From: Pirellulaceae bacterium
Lineage (GTDB): Bacteria > Planctomycetota > Planctomycetia > Pirellulales > Pirellulaceae
Length of the DNA: 64,000 bases
Assembly (NCBI GenBank): GCA_963704055.1
Contig: CAVPGW010000031.1
Location: forward strand, 48,298 to 112,297
Direction: 5' to 3'
The first letter of the stretch is position 1. Each line of letters begins with the position of its first letter. Shown piece by piece: positions 1-11,300 of this stretch. Made by a program: the position numbers and the translations under genes. Below the pieces are notes generated by a model, which saw only the letters and a program-made list of their open reading frames with translations, made no database searches and was not told where the DNA came from.

Positions 1-2320
1 GCAAAGCTCAGCTCCGCGAAGCCTTCGACTGTCATTCGACGTTCGTTCTTCGCGACCACGCCAAGATCAGCTCGCGCGTCGATCGTGATGGCTTGTTCGC
101 CCGCTTCGACCGGCAACAGCGTCAGCGGTACCGAACCGCTTCCACCCGCGGGGAGTTGTGCTAGTGACCAATGGACGACGTGTTGTGATGGGTCATACTG
201 CCCCTCGTTGTCGGTGCTAACAAAGGTGAAGCCGCGATCAAGCTGTACGACGATCTCGACATTTGTCGCGTCGGCCGTGCCAACATTGGCGAGATTCAAC
301 TGGTAGGTCGCCTGTCGTTCCAGGAACCGTCGTGAGGGACCTTCGAGTTCGACTTTCAGATCGGGGGCGATGACTTGGACCGTCGCTGTGCTTTCATCAG
401 CCAGACCGTCGTCTCCGGTCAGACGGATGGTGTTTTGAATGACCCCCGGCGAGACCGCGCGCATTCGAAGCACCTGACGACGCACCTCGCCCGGTGCGAG
501 CGTACCAATCAGATTGTCCAGTTGCCGTCCTTTCGGATGCTCGAGTCCATCGGGGACATCTTCCTGCAACATCACGCCGGTCGCTTCTCCAGTACCCGGA
601 TTTGACACTTCCAGTTCAATTTCCAGTTGTTGACCGATCAGCACACCGTGTTCAGGTACACGCTGCACGATCTTTAGCTCCGGTCGGGTGCTGATGGTTC
701 GCACCGACGCGGCCGCCTCGAAGGAAACGCGGGCGACGCTGCCAAGCTCACCTTCCTGTTCCGCAACCAACTGCATCGTGACAGTCCGCTCGTCGCCTGC
801 CGGCATCGCACCCAACTGCCACAACAGCAGGTTGCCCTGCTGGACGGGAGTCGGTGAAGCATCAATCAGACGCATACCGGTGGGAATACGATCATTCACT
901 TGGACATCAAGTGCTTCGACCGCGCCGACATTTTGGACGTGGATCACGAATGAGGCTGGCTTGCCCACCTTGACTTCGGCCGGCGCCGCTTTTGGATGAC
1001 GATGCTCGGTGTTTGAACACCTTCGAGTCGCCGATCCCCAGGGGAAGCGATGGTGGCGTTGGGATCACTCGCCATCGCTGATCCCGACTGCTCGAATGTT
1101 TGTGGCTGGAAGCCAGGCGCCTGTTGGAACTCCGGCGCCTGTTGGAAACCAGTCGCTGGCGGGTAATTTCCCGCTCCAGGTAGATTCGCCATTCGATTTG
1201 CGCGAGACTGCCAAGTTGCGGTGCTGGATCCCCGTATTGTGGTGTTGCGTTGTTGAATTGAGGAGCGGCACCATACTGCGGTGTGCCTAAGTTCGCGCTT
1301 GATGCATGTGACGTCGCGGTTGGCTGATCGAATTGTCTTGCAGATTGGCCGAACCCCGAAGCGTCTTGCACAGGTTGGCCGAACCCGGCTGAGCAAATTC
1401 TGGTTGTGACTGATTGAATCCTCCCGCGGCGGCGAAATCAGCAGACGCCGAATTATTCAGCGATGATTCCATGCTCGCGGGTGTGCCGGCAAACGTCGAA
1501 GGATCCGCGACTGGAGCACTGCTCGCTCCACTCCGCAGCATGTTCATTCCCGACTCGCCACTGCGCAACATGTTGTCCGGTTGCAGGTCGAGACCCCCTG
1601 GCGTTGGAGTTGATGGAACTGCGGCATTGTCGAAATCGGATTGTGTGGGATCGACACCAGGAGTCGCTTCACCGTGCCCACTTGGAAAGAAGTCCACTGC
1701 TGGCGCCGCACCGAGTTTCAGCTCGGGAAGCTCCGTCGTCTGCTGTGGTTCTGCTTGTCGTGACTCCGCGATTAGATCCGGCGCACCCGCTGGCATTTCG
1801 GCTGGCAGAGACATTGCCACTGGAGGCGCGGCGTTTGCCCCCGACACCGCATGCTCCTGATCAGCTTCGCTGGGCGTGGGAAGTGTCCAATCGGGGACTC
1901 CGATCGAGGCGGTCGCAGCATCGCTTCCATCACCAACGCTTTCACTGCCAAGACTGGGCGGCAGCATCGAAGCGTCGAACGCTGGCGAGCCGTTATCGGG
2001 TCCTTCGCTATCCACTGGCTCGGTGTGTTGCACCAATTGAATCGGACTGTTCTGAATCTCGCTGTTCTGAATCTCGCTGTTCCCTGCAAAAGCGCACACG
2101 TATTGGTCGGTGTCGATTCTTGGGCGTCGCGGGAGGGTTGACTCAACCACGTTTCCTCGCTGATATCAGCGATCGGTGTTGCCGGTTCTCCCAGAGACGG
2201 AGCTTGGGCCGACCAAGAGTCGGAGCTGTTCTGCTTGTCACGCTGTGCCAAAGCGGCGGCGTAGGCGCCAAACAAGATCGTGACGGCACCAGCGCCGAGT
2301 CGTACGCCAAACGATTTCAT
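1..2320 (-). CDS. DUF11 repeat (OmcB-like) exported protein; runs off the left edge; about 4 frameshifts
   Basis: Signal-like N-terminus MKSFGVRLGAGAVTILFGAYAAALAQ starts at 2320. A low-complexity Pro/Ser/Gln region is spread over ORFs 1772-2329, 1287-2150, 907-1371 and 944-1396. Ig-like DUF11 repeats follow (EVKVGKPASFVIHVQNVG; ATYQLNLANVGTADATNV). Confidence 0.7.
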
Positions 2321-2423
2321 GGGTCGCATTCCTTCGCGAAAAAGTCAGCCAATTCCTGTGGCTCAACCTCTCGTTAGCAAATCCCCATTCACGATGGAAA
2401 GAGCAATGCAGTGACCAGAAATC

Positions 2424-2491
2424 GTTTAACGGCAAGCCGCAGGCGACTGTGTAAGCCCTTAGAAGTCGCCTGAAACAGTCGCCTGCAAACG
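2424..2491. repeat. Family A palindromic repeat, degenerate copy
   Basis: The left arm GTTTAACGGCAAGCCGCAGGCGACT is intact; the right arm is rearranged, with AGTCGCCTG present twice. Confidence 0.75.
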
Positions 2492-2795
2492 ATTTGGCTG
2501 GGTCGATGCTTACGCCTCTCGTGGCCATCTGGTCTGAGCGAGTAGCTGACGCTGGCCCCAGGCTGTCCTGAATCTTCGCCGCGACTGCCTCGCGGATAGG
2601 CGTTCTGCGTTGAAAACAGGCATGTTGGGGATGCCTCTGCGGAGACAATGGGCGGCGGACAGTGCCCACACTCGGCCCATGTCCAAAAGCATTGGCGATA
2701 TTCAGAGGCTTAGCGGGTAACAAGACGCCATACGCGGATCGAGATGCGAAGTTATGCTACCGTCGGGATGATGCTCGCCAGCAAGCACTCACCAC

Positions 2796-2811
2796 CGGCA
2801 CAGGCTTTGCT
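2796..2811 (+). promoter_or_regulatory. Sigma-54 (-24/-12) promoter upstream of glutamine synthetase III
   Basis: CGGCACAGGCTTTGCT matches YGGCACR-N4-TTGCW with exact GG-N10-GC spacing, about 165 bp before the start codon. Confidence 0.75.
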
Positions 2812-2976
2812 TCGATGTCTCCTCCGAGCTGCTAGACCCTCGCGCTGAGATGGCCTCTGTCGTCGTCGAACGACAAAGTGCTGGGTCGCTGCATGGAATG
2901 GATTTCCGCGCTCCGCAGGCCAGGGAAGGCATGAATCGTTACCCTCACCGATTGATCGCCTTCTTTAGGAGCTCTC

Positions 2977-5225
2977 ATGAGCACAACGCTTGCGTCCCCA
3001 AAGTCTTCCACCGGTCCCGCTGCTAGCTCCGGCCACTCCAAATCTGCGGGGTCGGCGAGACAGGCCGCCATCTCTGCGGTGACAAACTATGCGTCGACGT
3101 CACCACCGATCGAATTCGCCGACATGCCGGCTCAGGAGTACTACTCAGCCAACGTTTTCAGCAAAGCGGTCATGAAGGATCGTCTTCCCAAGACGGTTTT
3201 CAAGGCTGTCATGGAGACAATCGATACCGGAGCCAAACTTGATCCCGCCCTCGCTGACGTGATCGCAGTCGCCATGAAAGACTGGGCGATGGAGAAGGGT
3301 GCGACTCACTACGCTCACGTTTTCTATCCTCTCACTGGCAGTACGGCTGAGAAACACGATAGCTTCCTATCGCCTACATCGGACGGAAGCACGCTTGCTG
3401 AATTTGGTGGGAAGCAGTTGATTCAGGGCGAACCTGATGGATCGAGCTTTCCGTCCGGAGGCATCCGTGTCACCTCCCGAGCACGCGGTTACACCATCTG
3501 GGATGTGACCAGTCCCGCCTACATTCAAGAGAATCCCAACGGAGCGACTCTTTGTATCCCAACCGCATTCGTTGCATGGACAGGTGAAGCTCTTGACAAG
3601 AAGACACCCGTGCTTCGCTCCATGCAGGCGTTGAACACGCAGGCTCACCGGATCTTGAAGCTGTTCGGCCACGAAGACAACGCGTTCGTCGCATCGACTG
3701 CTGGACCCGAGCAAGAATACTTCCTGGTGGATCGGCACTTCTACTATGCACGCCCTGACTTGATGCTTGCCGGTCGGACGCTCTTCGGAGCACCGCCGGC
3801 GAAGGGGCAAGAGTTTGACGACCACTACTTTGGGTCTGATCCCTGAACGCGTGTTGGCTTTCATGATGGACGCCGAGCGTGAGCTGTTCAAGCTGGGGAT
3901 TCCTGCCAAGACGCGTCACAATGAGGTCGCACCGGGGCAGTTTGAAATTGCTCCCATGTTCGAGTCGGCGAACGTCGCTGCCGATCATCAGCAGCTGATC
4001 ATGAGCACGCTCTCTCGAATCGCCAAGAAATACGGCATGGTCTGCTTGCTGCACGAAAAGCCCTTTGCCGGCGTGAACGGTTCAGGCAAGCACGTCAATT
4101 GGTCGCTTGGCAGTAGCTCACAAGGCAACATGCTGGACCCAGGCGCAACGCCCCATGACAATGCACAATTCCTGGTGTTCTGTGCCGCAGTCATTCGTGC
4201 CGTTTATCGCCATCAAGGCCTGCTGCGGAGCGTCGTGGCAACGGCCGGCAATGACCACCGCCTGGGTGCCAACGAGGCTCCTCCGGCGATCATCTCGATC
4301 TTCTTGGGCTCTCAACTGAGCCATGTCTTTGATCAGATCAAGGCTGGAGCCGCTGGTTCGTCGCTTCCGTCGGACACGCTGACAGTGGGCGTTGATGTTC
4401 TTCCGCCTTTGCCGAAGGACGCCGGGGACCGGAATCGAACCAGCCCGTTTGCCTTCACAGGCAATCGCTTCGAATTCCGTGCCGTTGGCTCGGAACAGTC
4501 GATCTCGGGACCATTGGTGGCCATGAACACCATCATTGCTGAATCGGTTGACTTCTGTGCAACCAAGCTCGAAGAAGCGACCAAAGGCAATCCGGAGGCT
4601 CTCAACGGAGCGATCCAGAAGCTGCTGACGGAGATCATGAACGAGTGCGGTGCGATCATCTTCGAAGGAGATGGTTACTCCCAAGAGTGGCACGATGAGG
4701 CGGCAAAGCGTGGGTTGCTGAACCTGAAAACCACCGCGGACGCGTTGCCTGAGTTACTCAAGCCGGAAGTCGTCAAGCTGTTCACAAAGTACGGCGTGCT
4801 TTCCGAGCGTGAGCTGCACAGCCGCTACGAAACGTATGTGGAACAGTACTGCCAGAAGATTGACGTCGAATCCAATTTGGCGGTCAATATCGCGAAGACC
4901 CTGCGTCTTCCCGGCAGCGATTCGCTATCAGAATGAATTGGCCTCGACTTGTGCGAATCTAAAACTTGTTGGTTACGAGTTCGATACCGATACGCTGGAC
5001 AACTTGACTGCATTGGTGAAGGGACTGCAAGACAGCATCGTAGCGTTGGAACACGCCATCCATGATGACAGCGCGTCGACACCGATCGAAGAAGCACGCC
5101 ACCGTTGCGATGTCGTGTTGCCTTCGATGCTTACCGTTCGCCAGTACGTCGACAAACTCGAAGGCGTCGTGGCAGACGATTTGTGGCCACTGCCAACCTA
5201 TCAAGAGATGCTGTTTGTCAAGTAA
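2977..5225 (+). CDS. glnN: Glutamine synthetase type III (GlnN-type); frameshifts near 3835 and 4905
   Basis: Motifs [69 protein letters not shown] and C-terminal [11 protein letters not shown] lie across three overlapping ORFs. AGGAG RBS precedes the start. Confidence 0.92.
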
Positions 5226-5291
5226 CTCAGGATCTCTTAACAGACAACGTCGACCTGCCCCCAATTAAACCGCTTGCGAGCCGAAAAACAG

Positions 5292-5765
5292 ATGGTGATC
5301 TTCAGAGAACTTCTTGAGGGCGAAACGGTTGGAGACCTTCCGCTTCGCGAAGCAATTACGGTCAAGTCGGGCACGATTGTCCGCGCGGCAGTAGCTCGCA
5401 TGCGGGCCCTCGGGCTGGGCTGCGCGGTGATTCTCGACGGGCGTTTGACGCCCGTTGGGATTTTCACCGAACGATCACTACTCGATGTGCTCGTTCAGAA
5501 TGCTTCCTTGGACGAGTCCGCGGTAGGCGACTTTGCTGACTACCGCTGCATCGTTGTAAAAAGTAGTGACCCTGCGTCCCGTGTCTGGGATGCCGTGGAA
5601 CGAGAGGGTCACCGTTTCATCTGCGTTACCGACGATTCAGGCAAAGTCATTGGCTTGACCGGACAACGCGGGTTGGCTGAGTACATTTCGGAGTGCTTTC
5701 CCGGACAAGTGATGGTGCAACGCATCGGTGGCAAGCCATGGATGCAACAACGCGAAGGAGCTTGA
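5292..5765 (+). CDS. CBS domain pair protein
   Basis: GIFTERSLL and GKVIGLT CBS-type motifs; directly downstream of GSIII. Confidence 0.8.
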   Translation: MVIFRELLEGETVGDLPLREAITVKSGTIVRAAVARMRALGLGCAVILDGRLTPVGIFTERSLLDVLVQNASLDESAVGDFADYRCIVVKSSDPASRVWDAVEREGHRFICVTDDSGKVIGLTGQRGLAEYISECFPGQVMVQRIGGKPWMQQREGA

Positions 5766-5767
5766 AC

Positions 5768-6262
5768 ATGCGCAGTGTTTTTTTGACCCAGTCGCCTACG
5801 GACGAGTTTGTGGATCCGCTCAGCGACTATGAGCCTATTGTGTATGGTGACGAACTTCAACGCGCGATGGCGGAGGAATCGGTACTCTCCATTCACTCGC
5901 GGCCTTACGCCGAGGTCCGACCTGACACGACTGTCCGTGAGGCGGTCGAGGTCCTCAATGACCTACAGATCTCCAGCCTGCTGATCGTCGACGAGGGCCG
6001 CCTGGTCGGCATTTTCACGGAAAGGGACGTGCTCGAAAGCGTCGCGGAGCGATACCTCCACATTGCGGACTCGCCGGTCAGCGAATTCATGACTTCGCAG
6101 CCGATCGTCGTTTACGAGTGCGATCCAGTGGGAGCCGCCTTGGCAGCCATTGCCGTGGGAGGTTACCGGCATGTTCCGGTTCTGAGTATGTCCGATCAAG
6201 TGCTCGGAATTGTCAGCCCCAAACGCGTCTTCGACTTCCTTGAAGCTCGCTTCGGTTCGTAG
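5768..6262 (+). CDS. CBS domain pair protein
   Basis: Motifs GRLVGIFTERDVL and GGYRHVPV...VLGIVS; GAAGGAG RBS; starts 2 nt after the previous stop. Confidence 0.85.
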   Translation: MRSVFLTQSPTDEFVDPLSDYEPIVYGDELQRAMAEESVLSIHSRPYAEVRPDTTVREAVEVLNDLQISSLLIVDEGRLVGIFTERDVLESVAERYLHIADSPVSEFMTSQPIVVYECDPVGAALAAIAVGGYRHVPVLSMSDQVLGIVSPKRVFDFLEARFGS

Positions 6263-6445
6263 TGACCCGACTCATCGCAATACCGTTCGTATTTCGGTGT
6301 CGTTCCAGCGAGATCGTTTAACGGCAAGCCGCAGGCGACTACGAAGGGCAGACGCAGTCGCCTTCGGCTTGCCGTTAAACGAAAAATGAACGGTATTGCG
6401 ATTCATCGGGTGTTGATCGGAAGACCGCATGAATGCGGTCACTGC
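6259..6445. repeat. GTAG-type REP doublet (family F) interrupted by a family A MITE
   Basis: GTAGTGACCCGA(C/T)TCATCG ... ACCGCATGAATGCGGTCAC; the uninterrupted version is at 61386-61440. Confidence 0.7.
6278..6398. mobile_element. Family A MITE (121 bp) with TIR CAATACCGTTC and 10-bp TSD
   Basis: Ends CAATACCGTTC and GAACGGTATTG; flanks CGACTCATCG (6268-6277) and CGATTCATCG (6399-6408); internal palindrome of about 65 bp. Confidence 0.7.
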
Positions 6446-6471
6446 TAGCCCGCACGGATGCGGGCCCACGT

Positions 6472-6810
6472 TCATTTCGGTTTCATCTTGACCTCGGTAC
6501 CGTCGATCTGCTGCAAACCAAAATCGACCAGCGCTTTGATGACCGGTCGAAGTTTCTTGCCCTTCGCCGTTAGCCGATAAGCGTCCCGGCCCGGTTGCTC
6601 GGGTGAGGGAAACTTCTCGGCCAATCCATGCTCTACCAGGCGCTGCAGTCGGTCGGCCAAAATATTGGTTGCGATCCTCTCGGGAGACGCAGCAAATTCC
6701 TTGTACTGAGAACGCCCGAGCAGCAGATCCCGGACGACCAGCAACGTCCACTTGTCGCCGATGACGTCCAGTGTGCAAGCGATCGGACAGCAGGATCGGG
6801 CGCGATGCAT
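6472..6810 (-). CDS. HxlR-family winged-helix transcriptional regulator
   Basis: CPIACTLDVIGDKWTLLVVRDL...NILADRLQRL...YRLTAKGKKL. Confidence 0.92.
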   Translation of the reverse strand: MHRARSCCPIACTLDVIGDKWTLLVVRDLLLGRSQYKEFAASPERIATNILADRLQRLVEHGLAEKFPSPEQPGRDAYRLTAKGKKLRPVIKALVDFGLQQIDGTEVKMKPK

Positions 6811-6860
6811 TGACTCTCTCCCAAGATAATTCAGTTTTCTGTCTTGACTTTACCACGGGA

Positions 6861-6901
6861 ACTTGCAAAATGCAAGTTCTTGAGACTTGCAAAATGCAAG
6901 T
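6861..6901. promoter_or_regulatory. Two identical palindromic operators ACTTGCAAAATGCAAGT (likely HxlR sites)
   Basis: Copies at 6861-6877 and 6885-6901 in the divergent intergenic region; a TTGACT -35-like hexamer lies at 6844. Confidence 0.75.
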
Positions 6902-6976
6902 AAAGGCGTCCCGCGATCCTTGTCCAGGAAGTTTGACGTGATTGAGACCGACGAAAAACTGACGATTCCAGCCCCA

Positions 6977-8398
6977 ATGAACGGACAGCGTATCGAACCT
7001 CGAGTGCCTCTGTTTTCAAATTTGACACGAGGCGGACAATGGACACTCCTGCCGATGATCGGCCTGGTCGGGTTCATGCTGATCACTGGAGGCGTGCTGG
7101 CGACAACGCCGCAAGAACCCGCCGCTGAACCACCCATTTCCGTGATGAGCGTCTCCACGACAACCGTTCAACTCGCGTCCGGCTATCAGCTCTCACGTGA
7201 ATTTGTCGGACGCGTCGAGGCACGTCGTCAGAGTCGTTTGAGTCTGGAGTTGGGCGGATTGTTGACAAGCGTCCGGTTCGACGAGGGTGACACCGTACAG
7301 CGGGGTGATGTGGTCGCCACGCTGGACACGCAGATTCTTCAGTCACGCAGAGCCGCGATTGCCTCTCAGCTCGACGGCGCTCGCGCGTTGCTGGCGGAGA
7401 TGGTCGCAGGTCCTCGCCAAGAGGTCATCGACGCTGCGCGAGCGGAACTGCAACGCTGGGAGGCACAACGCCGCTTGGCGGAGGTTACCAAGATCCGCCA
7501 AGAGCAGCTGCTATCGAAGAACGCCGGAAGCAAACAGGATCGCGACGACGCAAGCTTTGGCCAGCAAGTTGTCGACGCCCAGTGGACCGCAGCCAAGGCC
7601 AGGCTGATGGAGTTGGAAAACGGCACTCGTCAAGAGCAGATCGCCGCGCAGACCGCTGCGGTGGGGCAATTGCAAGCCGAGCTCGAAACCATCGAGATCA
7701 ACTTGCGGAAGTCATCGCTTTTGGCTCCCTTTGACGGCATGGTCTCGGAGCGTTTCATCGACGAAGGCACCGTGATCGCCGCGGGGACGCCGGTCGTCGA
7801 GCTCCTGGAGAGCGGGCAGTTGGACGTTCGTGTCGGCGTCTCGGAATACGTGCTCGCTCAACTCGGTCGAGGCACGGCTCAGCAAGTGATCATCAAAGGC
7901 AACACTTATTCAGCTTTGATTCGATCCGTCCGTCCCGACCGCGACCAGGCGACTCGCACGGTCAGCGTGCTGATGACGCTGGATGCGGGGACGGATTTGG
8001 TGCGTGTCGGAGATTTGGCAACCGTGCGCATCGACGCTCGCATTGACGAACCAGGCTTTTGGCTTCCGATCTCGGCACTGACCGAAAGCTACCGAGGTTT
8101 GTGGGGCTGTTATGTCGTCGTCCCCATCCAACAATTCACCGAGAATTCGGCCGCCACTCATGCCTTACAGCTGCGTGAATTGGAGGTTGTACACCAGACA
8201 TCGGCAGCCGCTTTTGTCCGTGGCAGCCTGAAGGACTCGGAACGGATCGTTAGCGATGGCATTCAGCGTCTGGTCCCCAACCAGCAAGTGCGGCTCGCCA
8301 CGACCCCCATCGAGCCTTTTGCGGTCGATGCTCCCAACAAACTCGCGATCCATACGGGCAACCCCGTGTTCGGCGACTTTCCCCAAATGAGTCACTGA
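6977..8398 (+). CDS. RND efflux periplasmic adaptor (MFP); start uncertain
   Basis: N-terminal hydrophobic segment, lipoyl motif DEGDTVQRGDVVATLD, long coiled coil, APFDGMVSERFIDEG. Confidence 0.88.
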   Translation: MNGQRIEPRVPLFSNLTRGGQWTLLPMIGLVGFMLITGGVLATTPQEPAAEPPISVMSVSTTTVQLASGYQLSREFVGRVEARRQSRLSLELGGLLTSVRFDEGDTVQRGDVVATLDTQILQSRRAAIASQLDGARALLAEMVAGPRQEVIDAARAELQRWEAQRRLAEVTKIRQEQLLSKNAGSKQDRDDASFGQQVVDAQWTAAKARLMELENGTRQEQIAAQTAAVGQLQAELETIEINLRKSSLLAPFDGMVSERFIDEGTVIAAGTPVVELLESGQLDVRVGVSEYVLAQLGRGTAQQVIIKGNTYSALIRSVRPDRDQATRTVSVLMTLDAGTDLVRVGDLATVRIDARIDEPGFWLPISALTESYRGLWGCYVVVPIQQFTENSAATHALQLRELEVVHQTSAAAFVRGSLKDSERIVSDGIQRLVPNQQVRLATTPIEPFAVDAPNKLAIHTGNPVFGDFPQMSH

Positions 8399-8399
8399 G

Positions 8400-11300
8400 A
8401 TGCTCAAGACACTGTTTTACGACAACCGTCAACTTCTGATTCTCAGCTTGGTCATCATCCTGGTGGCGGGAGCTTCCGCGTTGCGATCGTTACCGCGATT
8501 GGAAGACCCGCGGATTAACAATCGAAATCCAGTGATCGTCACAATGCTGCCTGGAGCATCGGCCGAACGCGTCGAAGCGTTGGTGACGAAAAAATTGGAA
8601 GAAGAGCTGCGCGAAGTCTCGGAGATCAAGCAGATCGAATCGGATTCACGCGCCGGCGTCTCGCTAATCACGATCGAATTGAACGACAACATCAACAACA
8701 CTGACGAGGTATTCACGCGGCTGCGAGACAAACTAGCCGACGTCGAAAGCGAGCTTCCGCCGCAGGCGACCAAGCCGGACTTCGATGACGAACGTGGGGC
8801 GGTCGCCTACACCCTGATCGTCGGTGTGACTGGGAGCGAGGAAACGGATCCCGCGCTTGGCGTTTTAGGACGCACCGCGGAGGAACTGGGCGATCGGCTG
8901 CGCAACGTCGATGGCACCGACTTGGTAAGACTTTTCGGCGAGCCTGAAGAGGAGATCACGGTCACGATTTCTCGGGACAAGGTGGCTCAGCTGGGCCTGA
9001 CCATTCCGCAAATTCAGGCGTTGATTCGTGCCGCCGACAGCAAGATCCCGGCGGGGACTTTGCGTTCGGACGATAGGAATTTGGTGATCGAGGTGAGCGG
9101 CAATTTCCAGACCACTGAGCGGATCGTCAACATTCCGATCCGCGAAAACCAACTGGGCCAGGTCGTACGGCTGGGCGACGTGGCTCGCGTCGAGAAGTCG
9201 TGGCGAGACCCGCCCACGGAAATCGGCATCGTGCAGGGTCGCCGCACTGTCTACGTTGCCGCACGTATGCTGGACGATCGCCGCGTCGACCAATGGATGG
9301 AACAAGCGAAAACAGTGGTCCGTGATTTTAACGCAAACCTGTCGCCCATGGTCCAAGTGGTGGAGGTCTTTGATCAAGGGAAGTACACCAAGCACCGGCT
9401 CAGCCAACTTGGGATGAACCTGATCATGGGAGCCGGCGTGGTCGTGCTTGTGATCTTCGTGATGATGGGCTGGCGGTCCTCGATTCTGGTCGGCCTGGCC
9501 TTGCCGTTGGTCTCAGCGATCGTGTTGTTTGCGCTTCTCGTCCTGGGCATCCCTCTGCATCAGATGTCGGTGTTCGGCTTGATCGTGGCGATGGGCCTGC
9601 TCATCGACAACGCCATCGTCACGGTCGACGAGATTGGCAAGGAGATGAAGCAAGGGGCCGATCCACGGACAGCCATCGTCAATACGGTCAGCCACCTGTT
9701 TGTTCCGCTGTTGGGTTCGACGCTAACGACGGTGATCGCTTTTCTACCCATTTTGTTGTTGCCCGGTAGCGTCGGCGAGTTTGTGGGGACGATTGCCACG
9801 ACGGTAATTTTGGCGTTGATTTTCTCGTTGTTCGTATCGATGACGATCATCCCGACACTGACGGGCATGTTTGGCAGGTCGGATGATCGCCGCAGATGGT
9901 GGCGGAGCGGGTTGGAGACGCCTCGGCTGGCGATCATTCTCCGCAATTCGATTCAGCTGGCGGTCGGTCGTCCTCTGCTGGGCGTCCTGTTGGCGATCGC
10001 CCTGCCGGTGATTGGGTTTCTGCGATTCAGCGATTTGCGAAACCAGTTTTTCCCGGCAGCCGACCGCAACCAATTCCATATTCAAGCCTGGCTGCCCCGT
10101 GATGCCTCGGTCGACTTGACACGCCGCACGGCCCAAGAGATGGAGTCGGTGATCCGTGAGTCCGCTGCAGTCGAGGCCGTCCATTGGTTGGTGGGCGCCA
10201 GCTTTCCAACCGTTTATTACAACATGCTCATGAACCAGGATGCGAAGTCAAGTTTCGCCCAGGCTGTGGTTACGACATCGGATGCCGATCAGGTCCGAGC
10301 CCTGATCACCGAACTGCAAACGAAACTCGACGCTCGTTTTCCCAGCGCACAGACCGTCGTCAAGCAACTCGGCCAAGGTCCACCCATCGAGGCACCCGTC
10401 GAGGTGCGTGTCTACGGGCCAAGCGTCGCGCGGCTTCGCGAGATCGGACGTGACCTGCAACGCTTTCTCCTTGAAACTCCGCAGGTCGTGCACACGCAAA
10501 CGTCCTTTGACGTGACCGAGCCGAAGCTTTGGGTGGAGGCGGACGAAGTCGAAACTCGTCTGGCGGGACTGACACTTGCCGACGTGGCGACGCAGCTTCA
10601 ATCCACTCTGGAAGGTTCGGTGGGAGGAAGCGTGCTGGAAGAAACCGAGGAATTGCCGGTACGATTGCGTCTGGACAACCAGTTTCGAGGTGACGAGAGC
10701 CGAATCGCCTCGAGCCACATCGTGCTGCCCGGCGGCGCCGGATGGATGCCGCTCTCGGCCATCGGCCAGTTGAAGCTGAAGCCGCAGACTCCCAGCATTC
10801 ATCGCCGCAACGGCCAGCGCAGCAACACGATCAAGGCGTACGTGGATGCGGACGCTCTGGCCCCGGAAGTCACCGCCGCGTTGGTCGCGAAGCTGGATCA
10901 GAACGGTTATCAGTTGCCACCCGGTTATCGGATGGAATTGGGCGGCGATGCCGAAGAGCTGGGGTCGGCGATGGGCAACCTGTTTCGTTACGCGCCGGTC
11001 CTGGGCGTGTTGATGTTGGCAACGGTTGTCTTGTCGTTCCGTTCCTTTTTGCTCGCCGGGATTCTCGGCGGTGTCGCCGCACTGTCGGCTGGACTTGCCT
11101 TCCTGGCTCTATGGTTGGCGGGCTTTCCGCTCGGGTTCAATCCGTTGATCGGCATGGCTGGTTTGATCGGGATCGCACTCAACGACAGCATCGTCGTGCT
11201 CGCACAGATCCGCACCAGCGCCCGGGCGCGCGGCGGCGACATTCAAGCCATCGTCGACGAAGTGATGAAAACCAGCCGCCACGTGCTGTCGACCACTTTC

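Noticed and set aside
2823-2976. Glutamine riboswitch in the GSIII leader
   Set aside because: I could not match the glnA RNA motif by eye; a covariance model search is needed.
2977-5225. Pseudogene or programmed frameshifting in GSIII and other split genes
   Set aside because: Shifts occur in both directions in unrelated genes without a shared slippery motif, so sequencing indels are the simpler explanation.
6272-6892. Recurring peptide FNGKPQAT...SRLRLAVK in several ORFs
   Set aside because: It is the translation of the family A palindrome, not a protein family.
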